NCBI GenBank assembly: GCA_024704765.1
Contig: JAKMXF010000323.1
Location: 292,403-356,402, forward strand
From: Oopsacas minuta
Taxonomy: Eukaryota > Animalia > Porifera
Reading direction: 5' to 3'
DNA length: 64,000 nucleotides
Below the pieces are notes generated by a model that had not been told where the DNA came from, did no database searches, and saw nothing but the letters and a program-made list of their open reading frames with translations. This document shows, piece by piece, positions 47,806 through 60,393 of this stretch (positions are counted from its first letter, which is position 1; the number at the start of each line of letters is the position of its first letter). The position numbers were made by a program, and so were the translations under genes.

Positions 47806-48165
47806 TACTATGTAGTATTCTTCCCTGGTGGGGGAATTCCTACATAGCATTTTGAAATATGCTTAATGTGAATAATATTTGAGCGAATTTTCAAAGCATT
47901 CCCGTCATTCCTCAATGAGATATAGCCACAAGTGTCCCATATGACCGAGACTACACGAAGGTTAATTGAATCCTCACAATTGACTCCAAATATCTTCATA
48001 TCAATATTTACAATTCATTTATCATGTCAACTTATCTGTACTCAATATTTAAGAAGTGGAGGCTTTCTCTGGTAGATGTGCCACAAACAGAACAGTTGCT
48101 ATACGTATATATGGCAGGAATAAGGGAAATGCTATTAAAATTCGCTAAATAGTATACTCAAAGAG

Positions 48166-48851
48166 CAGGCTTGGACCGGGTCATGATTTTCTGACCCGAT
48201 GACCCGATTTTTCAAAACATTAATTTTCTATATTCTTGCGATTTGATAATGGTTAGATTTACTAAGTTTGAATATCCAGGGAGATTTGTAGAAGGGGTTG
48301 TTAAGTCTGAACAAGGAACAGTGTTTTAAAACTCGCCTATGGTCCTAATAGTTAAAGTTGAGATATATAGCAGCTAGGATCCTAGTGTTTTCTGTTAACA
48401 CTATATTTTTGTTTCAGAAGTCCTGAAAATAAGTTATTATTTTGATATAGGGAAATTTACTATATTTAAGTAACGCTAAGAATAAATGATAATTATAATT
48501 AATGGAGATAAAGATTAGTTATATAATTGGAGATCATGTTTAAACTTGTGGAAGATTTTACTTTTAAAAAGGTATAAATCTCAATACCGACTTTCTTTCT
48601 AATATCACCACAATCCATCTTTAAACTTACAAAAGTATACTACATATCTATATAAATAGGTATATAAATATACAGTAGTAATGATGCCAAACAAGTTTAG
48701 TAAAAATACTAATGATTCATGAAAATGAAACGTCTAACTATTATTGACTGAATCTTTAGGATTTACAAACCGACATAATTCAATTATCTATAAGGATATA
48801 AACCGGGTCAAGTCAAAATCAGTGACCCGGTTCAGACCCGGTCCAAGCCTT
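48166..48851. mobile_element. hAT-type MITE
   Basis: TIR caggcttggaccgggtc / gacccggtccaagcctt, near-TSD tcaaagag / ctcaagag, gacccg subrepeats. Confidence 0.75.
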
Positions 48852-49241
48852 CTCAAGAGTATAGTACTTCAATGTGAATTTGTAATCTGGGTATTTTGCA
48901 AAAACTTTATAACTATTTGGTGTTCAATGTTCGTACACTGCTAATTATCACCCATTTCGGAGATATTTTGTGATGGTGATTGTTCATGGCAGCAAGTGTA
49001 TATAATATTGGCTTAATTAAAAGATCAATTCTTCTTGAATTTTAGCACTTTCATGTCTAGAGTGCAAGAAAATACGCACTTGAAAACATTTTTAGTGGGA
49101 TATAGTGCAGTAGGAGTGCCGCTCCCCCCACTAATCTTCAAAGAAATCCCACGTTTAACATTTTGACCAATTGCTACATTATAATTTTTATTATTGTATA
49201 AAGTTTCTATATTTGTTGAGTATACAATTTTACATACATAG

Positions 49242-51731
49242 TAGGAATGGTAACCGGTTAATTGTATTTCATCAATATTCGATAACAGGTTCTTTCTTCT
49301 CCGGTTAATTAGTTTTGAGTTATAAATTAACTTTTGAATCAATTTTTGAATCAATTCAGACAAAACAATATTCAGATTCATTTCACCGTAAATTCATTTA
49401 AGTATATTCGATTAATATATATTTGTTACTAATTTGAAATCAGTTACTATCTTTCTCAGCACTATATTCTTGTACTGATAATCTAAGTCTATCACTTCAT
49501 AATATAATGTTCACCACTCAACAATAAAAAATAGTATATAAATTACGAGATTAACAACTCTCAGAGCAAGATATGCGATACCAGATATGCTTTCCTAGTT
49601 GTATCTGTTCACTTTGTTCAAAACTTTTTTCTCAATTTCCTTTACATCGTATTTTTACATTATGGCTAAGAGATCTCAAGTGTGGATGCATTTTATTAGG
49701 GATTTAGAAGAGGCAAGATGTCGAATTTGTCAGAAAAAAATAAATTGTAGAGGTGGGAGCACAACAGGCTTAAGAAATCACCTCATGCTGCATGATATCC
49801 AACCATCAAGATTCAAAAGGAAGACACTATTGCCAAAAGACATGCTGCACATAATTGGACTACTTTATTTTCAAAAAGGAAACTTTAGATGAAGTGATTG
49901 CTAGGTTAGCGGCATAGGACGGTTTCAGTTATTCATAGATATGCCAAAGAAAATTTATCTGGCCTACTTTGCGAGATAAAGGTCTCACGCCAATTAGGGA
50001 TCACAAAACAGTTTCTTAAATAAAAATCAGATATGCAAAGATAGCTAAAGAAAAGATGAGCTCACAGTTACAAGCCTTACTTTTCAATGATGAACGGCTC
50101 AACGTACCTTAGATGACTACACCTCCATCCAGAATAAACGATATATGAAAGTAAATATACATAATGCCAACAAATTTTGGAATCTTGGAACCGAGAATAT
50201 GTAGTCGAAGGCCAGTTAGAAGGTTCTAGAAATTTAATTAAAAAATTATAACAGTTCAAAATTGATTTACATCACCATATTTTGAGCGTCGAGTGTGACG
50301 AAGCCCCTGTCATGGTTGAAATGGGAAAACTTAGCTGTATACACCAACAAATTTGCTTAGTACATGGAGTGCATTTGGCTGTAGTTGCAGTTCTATACTT
50401 CAAGAGTCCAACTCCAATATTTATTCAGGGGATAGACGTGAATGTTTCTGATGAATCAGAAGATGACTCAATGGCATCTAACTTTGTTTGTTGATTTTGA
50501 TTCTATTTACGATAATGAAGGTGACGAGGTAATTGAAAACGCTTTGAAACCACTTTTCAGGATGGATATATACACAGTGGTTACTAAAGTTCGAAATGTT
50601 GCCAGAATATTCAGAAAGTCACCACTGAAAATGAAATATTTCAGTCCTACGTTGAGAAACTGTTAGGAAAAACTTAATTTCATCTTGGATTGCAAAACTC
50701 GATGGAATAGCTTAATCAAAATGATAGATAGATTTTTTACTTTGAGAAAATCATTATGCAAGACGATGATAGATGTTAACTCTAAACTTGACTTAAAAGA
50801 ACTGGAATGGCAAGCACTAGAAAGTATCTCAGCTTGTTTAAAACCAATTGAAATGGGTATTTCAGCTTTATGTCAGCGTGATTCTATTTTACTTGCCCCA
50901 AAGGAATCTTTCAACTCATGTTTGATCAGCTCGAGATAATTGATTCAGAATTTGTTCTAGAACTCTTACAACACTTAAAGCGAAATTATCATGAGAGGCG
51001 TCAAACTGACACCATTAATTTGATGAGATACTTCTTGGATCCTAGTTACATACGAGATCTTGGTAAAACTAAAAAGGAAGTTCACAAGACACTGAAACTA
51101 ATTCTTATGCAACTGTATTCGCATTGTGATAGTAGTGATAGTAGTGAAGCTGAAGTAAATATTTTTCCAATACTCAAGTAATTGGAAACAATGATGAAGT
51201 TGAATCAAATCTTTCTTAAAGTGAATCACTGCTTAAACAGCTAGAGGATTCAATAAAATTATCGAAATCACTTGTAATTTATCACAAACAGAATGTTGGC
51301 TTTCCTTCATTAAATAAAGGAATGGCAATATTTGAAGCAACTGGAAATAAGTCGAAATATTTGAATCTAGTTGATCAGGCATTGAGGACAATTCGCTCTA
51401 CCAGTGTTGAAGCGGAAGGAGCCTTCCCTGCCGCAGGACTAATCATAATAAAATTGAGAGCACGATTAAGTGAGAAATCGATAGACAGTTGATGTTTCTT
51501 AAGTACTATTTCAAGTCCATCGATGTCTTAATTTGATTTTGTCGCTGACAAGTTGTTAGGTTTCACTAATACACTCTTAGTCAATTAATATAAATATATA
51601 AAATAGTTTAACCATATACGTACATATCTACAGCCTGTCAATGGTTAAATTAACCGGTTCAACCGGTTATTTAAGCTGGCAACTAATCAATAATGGGTTA
51701 TTTCGTTTCCGGTGATAATTCACCATCCTTA
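49242..51731 (+). mobile_element. Degenerate hAT (Ac/ZBED-type) element with BED finger
   Basis: Ends taggaatgg / ccatcctta, TSD atacatag / atacatac, aaccggtt subrepeats; relic ORF SQVWMHF...CRIC...STTGLRNHL, CLVHGVHLAV, KTRWNS, TSVEAEGAF.AAG. Confidence 0.85.
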
Positions 51732-52212
51732 ATACATACCATAGTGAAATTAGGTAGCACATTTACTACCTCTGAAGCACACAAGGCGGTACACGTTGAC
51801 CACAACTGCTCTAGTTTATGAATATTTAGGGCTACTTGCAAACCAAACGAGCAAGGTAGATTCAAAACGATAAATTGTACCTAGGCCAACTTCTTATGTT
51901 CAATCCGAAAAAGCACTAAGATTGGACCTGACAACATTTCTTTAATGGAGGAATAGCCTCTAGAGGCCCGGAGTCAATGAATCTCACAGGAAAATCTTCA
52001 AAGACCTTGTTGGCAAAAGGAGGGTCGTATACCCTTAACTCTAAATAAATAACCAACCAAATTCTTTACGCTGAATTCGAAAACGTACAACGAACAATCT
52101 AAGGTCTATTTTGTTCAGCGATAGGCTAGTCTTAAGTAAAATCAAACCCTTTAGAAATCAAGGGATGGGGTTAGAATAAGTAGACACTCTTTACTAATAT
52201 AATTCTTTCAAC

Positions 52213-52470
52213 CTGTACAATATCTTCGTTCCTTTTAGATAAGTCCTTAAGTTGCATCTCGTACTGTTCGCGTTGATCATTTAATTGTTGATCAGTAGTC
52301 TCTCTCAACCAATTTAGTTGTTCCATCATCTTTTGTCTTTCTTCCTGACGAGCTTGATCTAACTCTGTTTTAATTCGAGCAGCCTGCTTCTCGAAAAACT
52401 CATTTCTTGCAAAAGAAAAACCGTGAACTCCATCTTCTTCAGTCTTTTCCCGATTTAGTCGCTTTTGAAC
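52213..52470 (-). CDS. KIF14: KIF14-like exon following the FHA domain (86 aa, VQKRLNR...NEDIVQ); not in the ORF track
   Basis: Manual translation: GFSFARNEFFEKQ...EERQKMMEQ...QREQYEMQLKDL resembles KIF14 DFEFAKNELLMAQ...KEEMMQG...QKAAYESKIKAL; acceptor tcctgtag; donor CAG/gttgaa (alternative in-frame donor ~18 nt further is possible). Confidence 0.8.
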
Positions 52471-53200
52471 CTACAGGATAAAATTATGAATGGTCCATTT
52501 GATACTATCAAAAAAATTGAAACATTAGTTAGAAGGACACATATTCGGTTGGCGACCACGCGGTCCACGCCAATTGTTTCTGAGGAGACATATCGAGATG
52601 TATAATCCATACCGAAATTCATATAACAATTAGCGAGGTGCTATAGTCTGATGACAAGAGAGCATTAATAATTCCTTTAATTGGACAATGGATAGTATTT
52701 TCGAATTTTTTACTCAATTTTCGACCTCAAAGCTCTTAGTGCATAGCTTCCCACCTCGTTCCCCCAATACACCCCTAACCATAGATGAAAAATCCTGCCC
52801 ACGTCCTTGAATAACATCAAAATGAACTGAAAATGACGTGAAATTCATGTCAGGTGAGGTCAGGTGATGACCCGACCTTTGACAAGCTTGGTATAAAAAT
52901 GGTCAATGACAAATCGTTTCACCAATATGTGGCAAAGCCTAGAGATTAGAGCAATTATCTCAAAAACAGTTGTGTGGCATTCAATGGTATACCATGAAGA
53001 ATTTTGGTTAGGGGATATAACCTTTCGGTTTCACCGAAGAAAATGCATTGGTTAATAATTTGATGGCAAAGAACAATTCTTTAGCAATACAGTACTAGAT
53101 GTACGAAAGAATATAATAGATAAATACGATAAATGATTCTTTGATGTTTGAATTGATAGCGATTGTGTAGTCTGGGTTTCTCCCACTCGTCAATTTATAA

Positions 53201-56200
53201 CAGGCACGTAGCTAGAGCAAGACATTCAGGGGGGCAAGAAGTATTTCGGGAGGGCAATTGCAGGGATAAATATTTTTGAAAAGTTAATTACTTGTGTATA
53301 ACAAGTACGACCCAGTCTCCTTTTCTTACATGTATAACCTTTTTAATTCATAAAGTACCAGATTACTAGGCTAGGGAGCATTAGATTAGTCTACATTATA
53401 GTAAGAGCATTTATTAAGATACTAAACTCAATTCAGGGATACTATTTGACATTACAAAAGAAAGCGGCGGTGCTTCATCTGCTTAAAATGTTCGATCACA
53501 TCATTATAACAAAGTGTTTCTGCAATATCTTTTTCAATAGATAACAGGGCAAGATGGTTGAGACGCTCAGTGGTCATTTGTGAGCGCAAACGTGTTTTTA
53601 TTCTCTTAACAGATGAGAACATTCTCTCAACCTTGCAAGACGTCTGAGGGATAGTCACAAGAATTTGGTATAAGTTGAAAACATCAGGGAAAATATCTTT
53701 GTCAATCACATCCAGTACATCGATCAAAGTATTTAGCTGAGATTCATCTTTCCGAGCAATAAACGAACGGAAAACTTCTATTTCACAATCTTTGATATCT
53801 ATTGCATACAGTTCAGATAGTGTATTCAATTCCTGTTTGTTAAGAAAGTTTTGAGACCTTGGTAAGCAGCAATCAGCAGCCTTCATGATGCCTGATTGAT
53901 CTGTACCAAAACGGGCATCCAATTCTGCTAAGATCTCGCGGACATTTTGGCGTAACAATATTTCAAGCTCTTCAAAGTTGGATGCGTTTGTGTGTCCAAC
54001 AGAGCTATTTAGATATCCTTCTCTAAACCTTTCTGGAAGACGCCGTTGCCTGATTGTGTCTCTTACATCAAAATTTTCGATTTCATATTCACCAGACAAA
54101 TCTTTGGCATATTCGACAACCTTGTCAAAATCGAAATTGACCAACCTTTCCCTTAGATCGGCAAGTAATATCAAACAAGAAGAAACAGTTGCTGTCGACT
54201 TCTGAAAAGCTTTAGTGCAAAAATCAGAGTAATCATACAGCCTACCAAAGTAAACTAAGATGGTCATAATTTTCTTTGTTTGTAGACTACCTAGTAAAGA
54301 TTTAGCAGCTAAACTTGTGTCTGCATCATTATCATTTCCAAATATGCTTAAAGTATCAAGTATGCAATCAAACCGACGCAGAAACCTTTCCACCTCCAAA
54401 GAACGGGAAGACCAACGAGTACTACATGAACGTGCAAGTTCAAGAGCTTGGACGTTGGGATAGCGCTCAACCTGGACGTCTATGAAAACTGCATGTCGCT
54501 TTGTTCCATTCATGAACGAATACGTCAAATCCAATATATCAAAGAAAGATTTCATCAGAGGATGTCGTTCAGCAGTTGCAGCTAATACAAAGTTAAGCCT
54601 ATGTGAAGCACAATGAACATATGTAGCATTGCGATAACCTGCTCCTTTCATGCGGGCTTGGACACCACCGTGTACTCCTGACATAACACTAGCCCCGTCG
54701 TAACCCTGCCCTACACATTTCAGAGGATCGAGCTCAAAAGGCTTAAGTAGCTCTATCAGTTTTTCAGAGATGGTGCCCGCATCCATGTCCTTCAATTCAA
54801 TAAAGCCAATAGCTCTTTCTCGGACATTACCTTTATGGATATATCGCAAAGAAGCACCTAACAACTCCTTCTTAGATGCATCTTTTACTTCGTCAGCTAG
54901 AATAGCATAACAAGACGCGATTTCTACTTCACTTTTAACATAGTCTAGAAGCACTGAAGCGAGTGATGTAAGCAAATCATTTTGAATATCTGGACTTAGC
55001 ATTTTTGCATTTCCTGGAAGACTTTCTATCCTCTTGGTCACATTGCTATCATATTTTCCTAAAAGTTCTAATATTTCAAGAAAGTTCCCTTTATTAAGCG
55101 ACTGATCTGATTCATCATCTCCTCGAAGAGGAATATCTTGTTTGGCACAAAAAGTAATAATGTCAAGAACAGTCATTAAATGTTTCCGATTGTCATCTAT
55201 GAATTTCTCATTTCGAAAATTTGGATCCAGTTGCTTATCTACCGTCCCTATTATTTGATGAATTGCCCAGACTTTCTGTGTTTCAACAGCTGCCATATGA
55301 CACACAGAACTATCGTGCTTCCTGCACTTGTCGCCAAGTTTCCTCCAGTCACAAAGTCCTTTTGTTGAAAAAGTTGCTTCAGCTGTTGATCCTCCAAAAA
55401 GCCGACACGGTTGGCAAAATATAGCATCGAGTTCTTTGCTATACTCTATCCAGGAGAATTGGGCATACCAATGAGTACTAAAATGTCTACCGGCCTCATT
55501 TTTTGGGAAGATAATAGAAGGCTGCCTCGGTTTCTCACCATTTTTGGACAAATCATTTACAGTCACAATTGGTGATTGTATATGAGTCGTGTTTAAACTT
55601 GGAGTTGAAATAGTTGTACAAGAATCGGAAGTTAAAGGGGTCGAAACTTGAAGACTCGTAACAACAGGATCTACCTCCTCATAATTTGAAGAGACGACAT
55701 GATCTTCGATTTCTATTCGATTTCTTTTAAAATATGCCTGAACTTTGCTTTGTTGTAGTCTTTTAGTCATCTAGAATTGTTTGAGATACGAGTCACTGAA
55801 CTGATTGAAGAACAGAAAATGTGAAAGATTTGATGATATAGAATGACTTTATAACTTATAGAGAATATCTGAAATTGGCTTCACTCATGTGTAAATTTCA
55901 AAACAAGCTTTGAAAACTGAAACCCTAAGAGCATCACCAATGCTTCAATTACTTCAATGGACAGTCTAACTTCTGACAACAATTACTAGCGGTCGTGGTA
56001 ATTCAATTAAAATTATAGTAGAAATTCAGTGCCTGTCAAAATAGAACAAGTTGACTATCAATGAGCGTTACTTCCTGTCTAGTATTAAAACCATCATCGC
56101 AACGCGAGTTATTAATTTCATAGTTTTGACGATGCAGTTGAAGTACATAGGCTATTAACTACAGTGGAGTTCGCTTATTAGCAACTCGGATTTTGCAGAG

Positions 56201-56398
56201 ATTTGGTTGCTAATAGGGCAACGAAATTAACATTATAATCCCGTTTGGGACCCGAAAGCTGGTTGCTAATAGAGCAATATTACTAATAAGCTAACTAAAT
56301 TGTATATAAAAACGAAAACTTCCAAATTTATCTGGGGGGGCGAGAAAAACTTTTGGGGGGCGACCGCCCCTCCTTGCCCCCCCGTAGCTACGTGCCTG
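53201..56398 (-). mobile_element. Full-length hAT element (DUF4371/Tip100-like), 3198 bp
   Basis: 14-bp TIR caggcacgtagcta, perfect 8-bp TSD atttataa, intact ORF. Confidence 0.97.
53452..55770 (-). CDS. hAT transposase, 772 aa (TTF-type Zn finger, DUF4371, hAT dimerisation domain; ZMYM1/THAP12-like)
   Basis: WYAQFSWIEYS..DAIFCQPC, GNFLEIL, ILADEVKD, GQGYDGA, HCASHRLN, STRWSS, KVERMFS; no stops. Confidence 0.95.
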   Translation of the reverse strand: MTKRLQQSKVQAYFKRNRIEIEDHVVSSNYEEVDPVVTSLQVSTPLTSDSCTTISTPSLNTTHIQSPIVTVNDLSKNGEKPRQPSIIFPKNEAGRHFSTHWYAQFSWIEYSKELDAIFCQPCRLFGGSTAEATFSTKGLCDWRKLGDKCRKHDSSVCHMAAVETQKVWAIHQIIGTVDKQLDPNFRNEKFIDDNRKHLMTVLDIITFCAKQDIPLRGDDESDQSLNKGNFLEILELLGKYDSNVTKRIESLPGNAKMLSPDIQNDLLTSLASVLLDYVKSEVEIASCYAILADEVKDASKKELLGASLRYIHKGNVRERAIGFIELKDMDAGTISEKLIELLKPFELDPLKCVGQGYDGASVMSGVHGGVQARMKGAGYRNATYVHCASHRLNFVLAATAERHPLMKSFFDILDLTYSFMNGTKRHAVFIDVQVERYPNVQALELARSCSTRWSSRSLEVERFLRRFDCILDTLSIFGNDNDADTSLAAKSLLGSLQTKKIMTILVYFGRLYDYSDFCTKAFQKSTATVSSCLILLADLRERLVNFDFDKVVEYAKDLSGEYEIENFDVRDTIRQRRLPERFREGYLNSSVGHTNASNFEELEILLRQNVREILAELDARFGTDQSGIMKAADCCLPRSQNFLNKQELNTLSELYAIDIKDCEIEVFRSFIARKDESQLNTLIDVLDVIDKDIFPDVFNLYQILVTIPQTSCKVERMFSSVKRIKTRLRSQMTTERLNHLALLSIEKDIAETLCYNDVIEHFKQMKHRRFLL

Positions 56399-57339
56399 AT
56401 TTATAATGGAGGGCATCTGGTTAACTGAAAAATGTCGGGAAAATCTGTGATTGTATAACATCAAAAAGCAATCACGATTTGGTACAGGAATTGGCTAAAA
56501 GGAAGTGATAAAATTACTGTTCCTTTTCATTACAAAAGTAACACTTCGGCCATAATCAGTTATAGTAGAATAATTTTAATATTGCTTTTTCATGAAGCAG
56601 TTATTTTGGGACATTTTAGGCCCCATTCTGGTGCGTTGCCAATATCGGATCGGAACTGGCCATAGTGAAAGAGCTTAACACTCTCAGTTTTGTGGAATTA
56701 CTTCCAAAAAATATCATAAAGTAACCCCTTCTTATAGCTAACATATTCAAAATACCTGGTTGAATAAAATTCGGAGTCAATTATAATTCACCAAAATAGT
56801 AATTTAGAAAAATATTAATAGCTTTTGCATATTTTTGACGTAAAATCCCAGTTGGGTCCCATAACTTGATGAATTAAATTCAAATTAAATGCAGACAGTA
56901 CCCAAGTGTCAAAACGCTAACGTAAGGTCTGAATTTTCAAAAACAAGGAACAATCCAGGAGTTACGCAATATTTTTCCCACTTTTATAATTCATCCTATC
57001 CTTGAGGACAGTTTCAGTGACAAATATGAACATTAGATTTCGAAAACTTCTAACAAAATTAAACAATAACCTTTACAAATTTCCAGCCAAATTCACCAAA
57101 ATAGTTCCAATTAGCCTGTTTATAGAATATGGCGTTCTGCTGATCTCATTTGAAATTTCTTTGGAAAAACAAGGCAAAGACGCTTTCTTCATTAAACGAA
57201 TACTCAACGGAACATCTGATTTTATCTCATTAAAAAGTGCTGAAATTTTGATTTTTGGGTGCGGGAATTAGTTATAAGGAAATGGTAAAATTAACGTGAC
57301 CCTTTCATTACGAACGTAACACATCGGTTATTATCCATC

Positions 57340-57482
57340 CTGTGTAAGGGTCTTATCTAAAAATGGCCACATAAAAATTGTCCCGCTTAACCATTTTCAC
57401 TAGTAGGAGATCTCACATGGACATAAGTTAACGACACCTTTAGCAAAGTCCCTTTGATAACTGTTATAGACAAGTTTGACTG
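57340..57482 (-). mobile_element. Terminal fragment of a Tigger-type MITE
   Basis: Minus strand TA + cagtcaaacttgtctataacag...aagggact resembles the 44842 terminus. Confidence 0.55.
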
Positions 57483-60393
57483 TAATTTCAATAGTAGCAA
57501 GTAGAATAATCTAAAACAAAATAATGTAGAAATTAGGTATATTTTAAGCTTAGCGTTTTTTCTATTCAAGAGGCAAGACCATGACATTATAATTACAAAC
57601 CCATTCGGCAAGGTGATATTGACCATAATTAACATATGAATGTGTTTATCTTCATAATGTTGATTAAAATACATACAAACAAGCTACGGAAAGGTCTAGA
57701 ATAGAATTGCTTACTTAGGAACACACAGTAATCAAATAGAACAAAGGTTTCACGAAAGAGATGCACAAATTTGATGTTTCACATAACAAGAAAGATATAT
57801 AATTAAGACAACCTCTCAATATTCCCACAAAGCAGGTTAAGCGCTTCGTTTAACGTGCAGAACTAATCTACACAAAAAATAATGATTGCTGTGGCAACAT
57901 ATATTGTATAGGTGCCGCAGTCATTAGATCTCGCCATCTGGATAATAAATATTTAATTCTTGATGTGCGAGCGTGCCAGGCTCATATTACCCAGATCGAA
58001 GTCTGAAAGTATACAGATTTGATCCTAAATAGTCAAATTACCATGTTTTAGCAAATATATCTAACTAGGGATAAATTGAAGAAATCATCCCAGTCCTTGA
58101 GGGCCGATGTTACGGCTGGTGACTGAATTTTTTTATGACCCAAAATTACATCGAGTGTATATTTTCAATACTTTACAAATTAGAAAATTGCACAATTTGA
58201 GCTGTGTGCGTTATATCTATATTTCAAGATAATAGGCAAGAGATGTCTCATTATAATTTTCAAGTAAAGTAACATTGGGAATTTCAAAATTGGCCAAACA
58301 AGGAATTGCTGTAACCTTTGGCCGTCCGTAATACACGAACTTTTCAGATTTGACAAAACTATTCTAAACAGAATCGTTGAAATGTAGCTCATGAAATTGA
58401 GGTGTAAACCTTTGTTAATGTCATTATTGACATGGATAGGACTGCGGGAAAATAAATTCATGGATACTTTCGAAATGTTATTATAGTTTCGTACAACAAT
58501 AAACTCGTTATAATATAGTGTTCGAGCTTCAGGACCGGTTTTATTTTTTATAGGCGGACAAAATCAATTACTCTCAAGCTAAGGTGAGTAACGAATCCCT
58601 TGTCGAGACGATAGTTTCGTGATAAAAGAATTGGTTACACCAGAAGTTTACTGTATCATAAAAATAAAAATTAATAAAGTTCGTGAACCGGGTAGGTTAC
58701 GTCGAGTAGTAAAGCGATCTCGAAGTTTTACCTATGGGAATACCTTACCAATCTTAACAGATCCTTTGAATCCCTTCCCGTAAAATGTTATCAAAATTTT
58801 GAGGTGCTATAGACGCCCTGCTGTCGTTCGTACCGCCGAGAGGTCCATAGACACTAGGTTGGGAATCACTACAATGAAATAGTGTGATAAAATGTATTAT
58901 GACAACATACCCTCAATCTTTGCTAATCTCATAGTCTTCTCACAGTTGATATCAGAAAGAAAAGAGAAAATAGATACATATTAATTATAGTCATCCTTAA
59001 TGCGATAGTCTTAAATCTAGTTACCAGAAAGGCCATGTCGAAGATTTTACATGTAAAATCAAGTTGATGTAGAATAGACAGATACAATGTGAAAATAGAT
59101 GGTAAATAGGGTAGTGCTGTGTAGGTAGTTTAATTGAAAGAGTTATAATATTTTGAATACTTTTTGAAATATAATAAAAAATTGTTGAAAATTATGGGAG
59201 GTGAAAATGTGATTACCAATTGTATCTCTAACGAATTATGATATTCAACAAAATGTAAGAAATAATGGAATATCTAGGGGTGGAACGAAAAGACCGAATA
59301 TTAAAATATTAAAATATTAGTTTCATACCTTTTAATGAACCACATCTGCATGTGCATATGTGTATTCATGCATAGATTCATAAGTTTAGGTCAGTCCAAT
59401 TTAATACATTGTTCTCCATCAACCGCGCCTACCGCCTGAATTTTTGAGCCCCGCATCAATTTTCTTTATTTTATATTCATCATTTCATGATTTTCCTAAA
59501 CTTTCTACGAATTCGAAAAGATGCCTACTACGATTAAAGTCTGAAAATACCTTTGGTCCTTAGAAGTCAATAAATATTTCATGATTTACCTTGACTGCAC
59601 TGATCATAAATTCTGCATCGATTTTTCATTATTTCATATTTCCCAATACACCGAATAAATATAAAAAATGAAAAAGAATAATGAACCTCACGCCCGCATG
59701 ATATTTGGAATATTCTGTGTTGGAAAAACAAGGTATTCAATTGTAGTGGCCTTATATTATTAATAATTATAATCAGGGGCGGACCTAGCCAAGGATTTTG
59801 GGGCTGCAGGCTTTGAATGGGTGCAGTAGCAATTAAGTATCAAAGGGGCGAAGCGTCGTTCAGGTTCATAACCCCCAAGGTATTAGAGGGACTAAGAAAT
59901 TTATGTTTTAGCCAACGTTGAATCCGCTCGAACCGAATATCAGTATTCATGAATAATAGCCCACCGAATACTGATAATATTCGGGTAAATCAACCGAATA
60001 CTATAGATAGAATTCTGTTGGTAAAGGAATATTGAACAATTCGGTTGTAACCTTAGAATTTTACCCTATATTAGAGAGGTTACATGGATGGAAATCTAAT
60101 ACTATAATTTTACAAATTTATTACAAACTGATATCTTTTTATGATATTTTCACACCTTCTGTAATTATCAACATAAGGGTATGTAGTAGTAGTAACAATA
60201 CTAAATAGTACCCTTGCAAGCGAATAAATATGTCATTGATATTTCAATACACACAATCCATCTCTACAAACTATTTTAGTCAAATGACGTGATCTGAATA
60301 ATTAGCTAGCAAACTTGTCAACACATGCTCACATAGATGGACTATTTGTCGAGTTTATAACTCTGTTAAGTGTCAGTTGATACATCTACTAGC

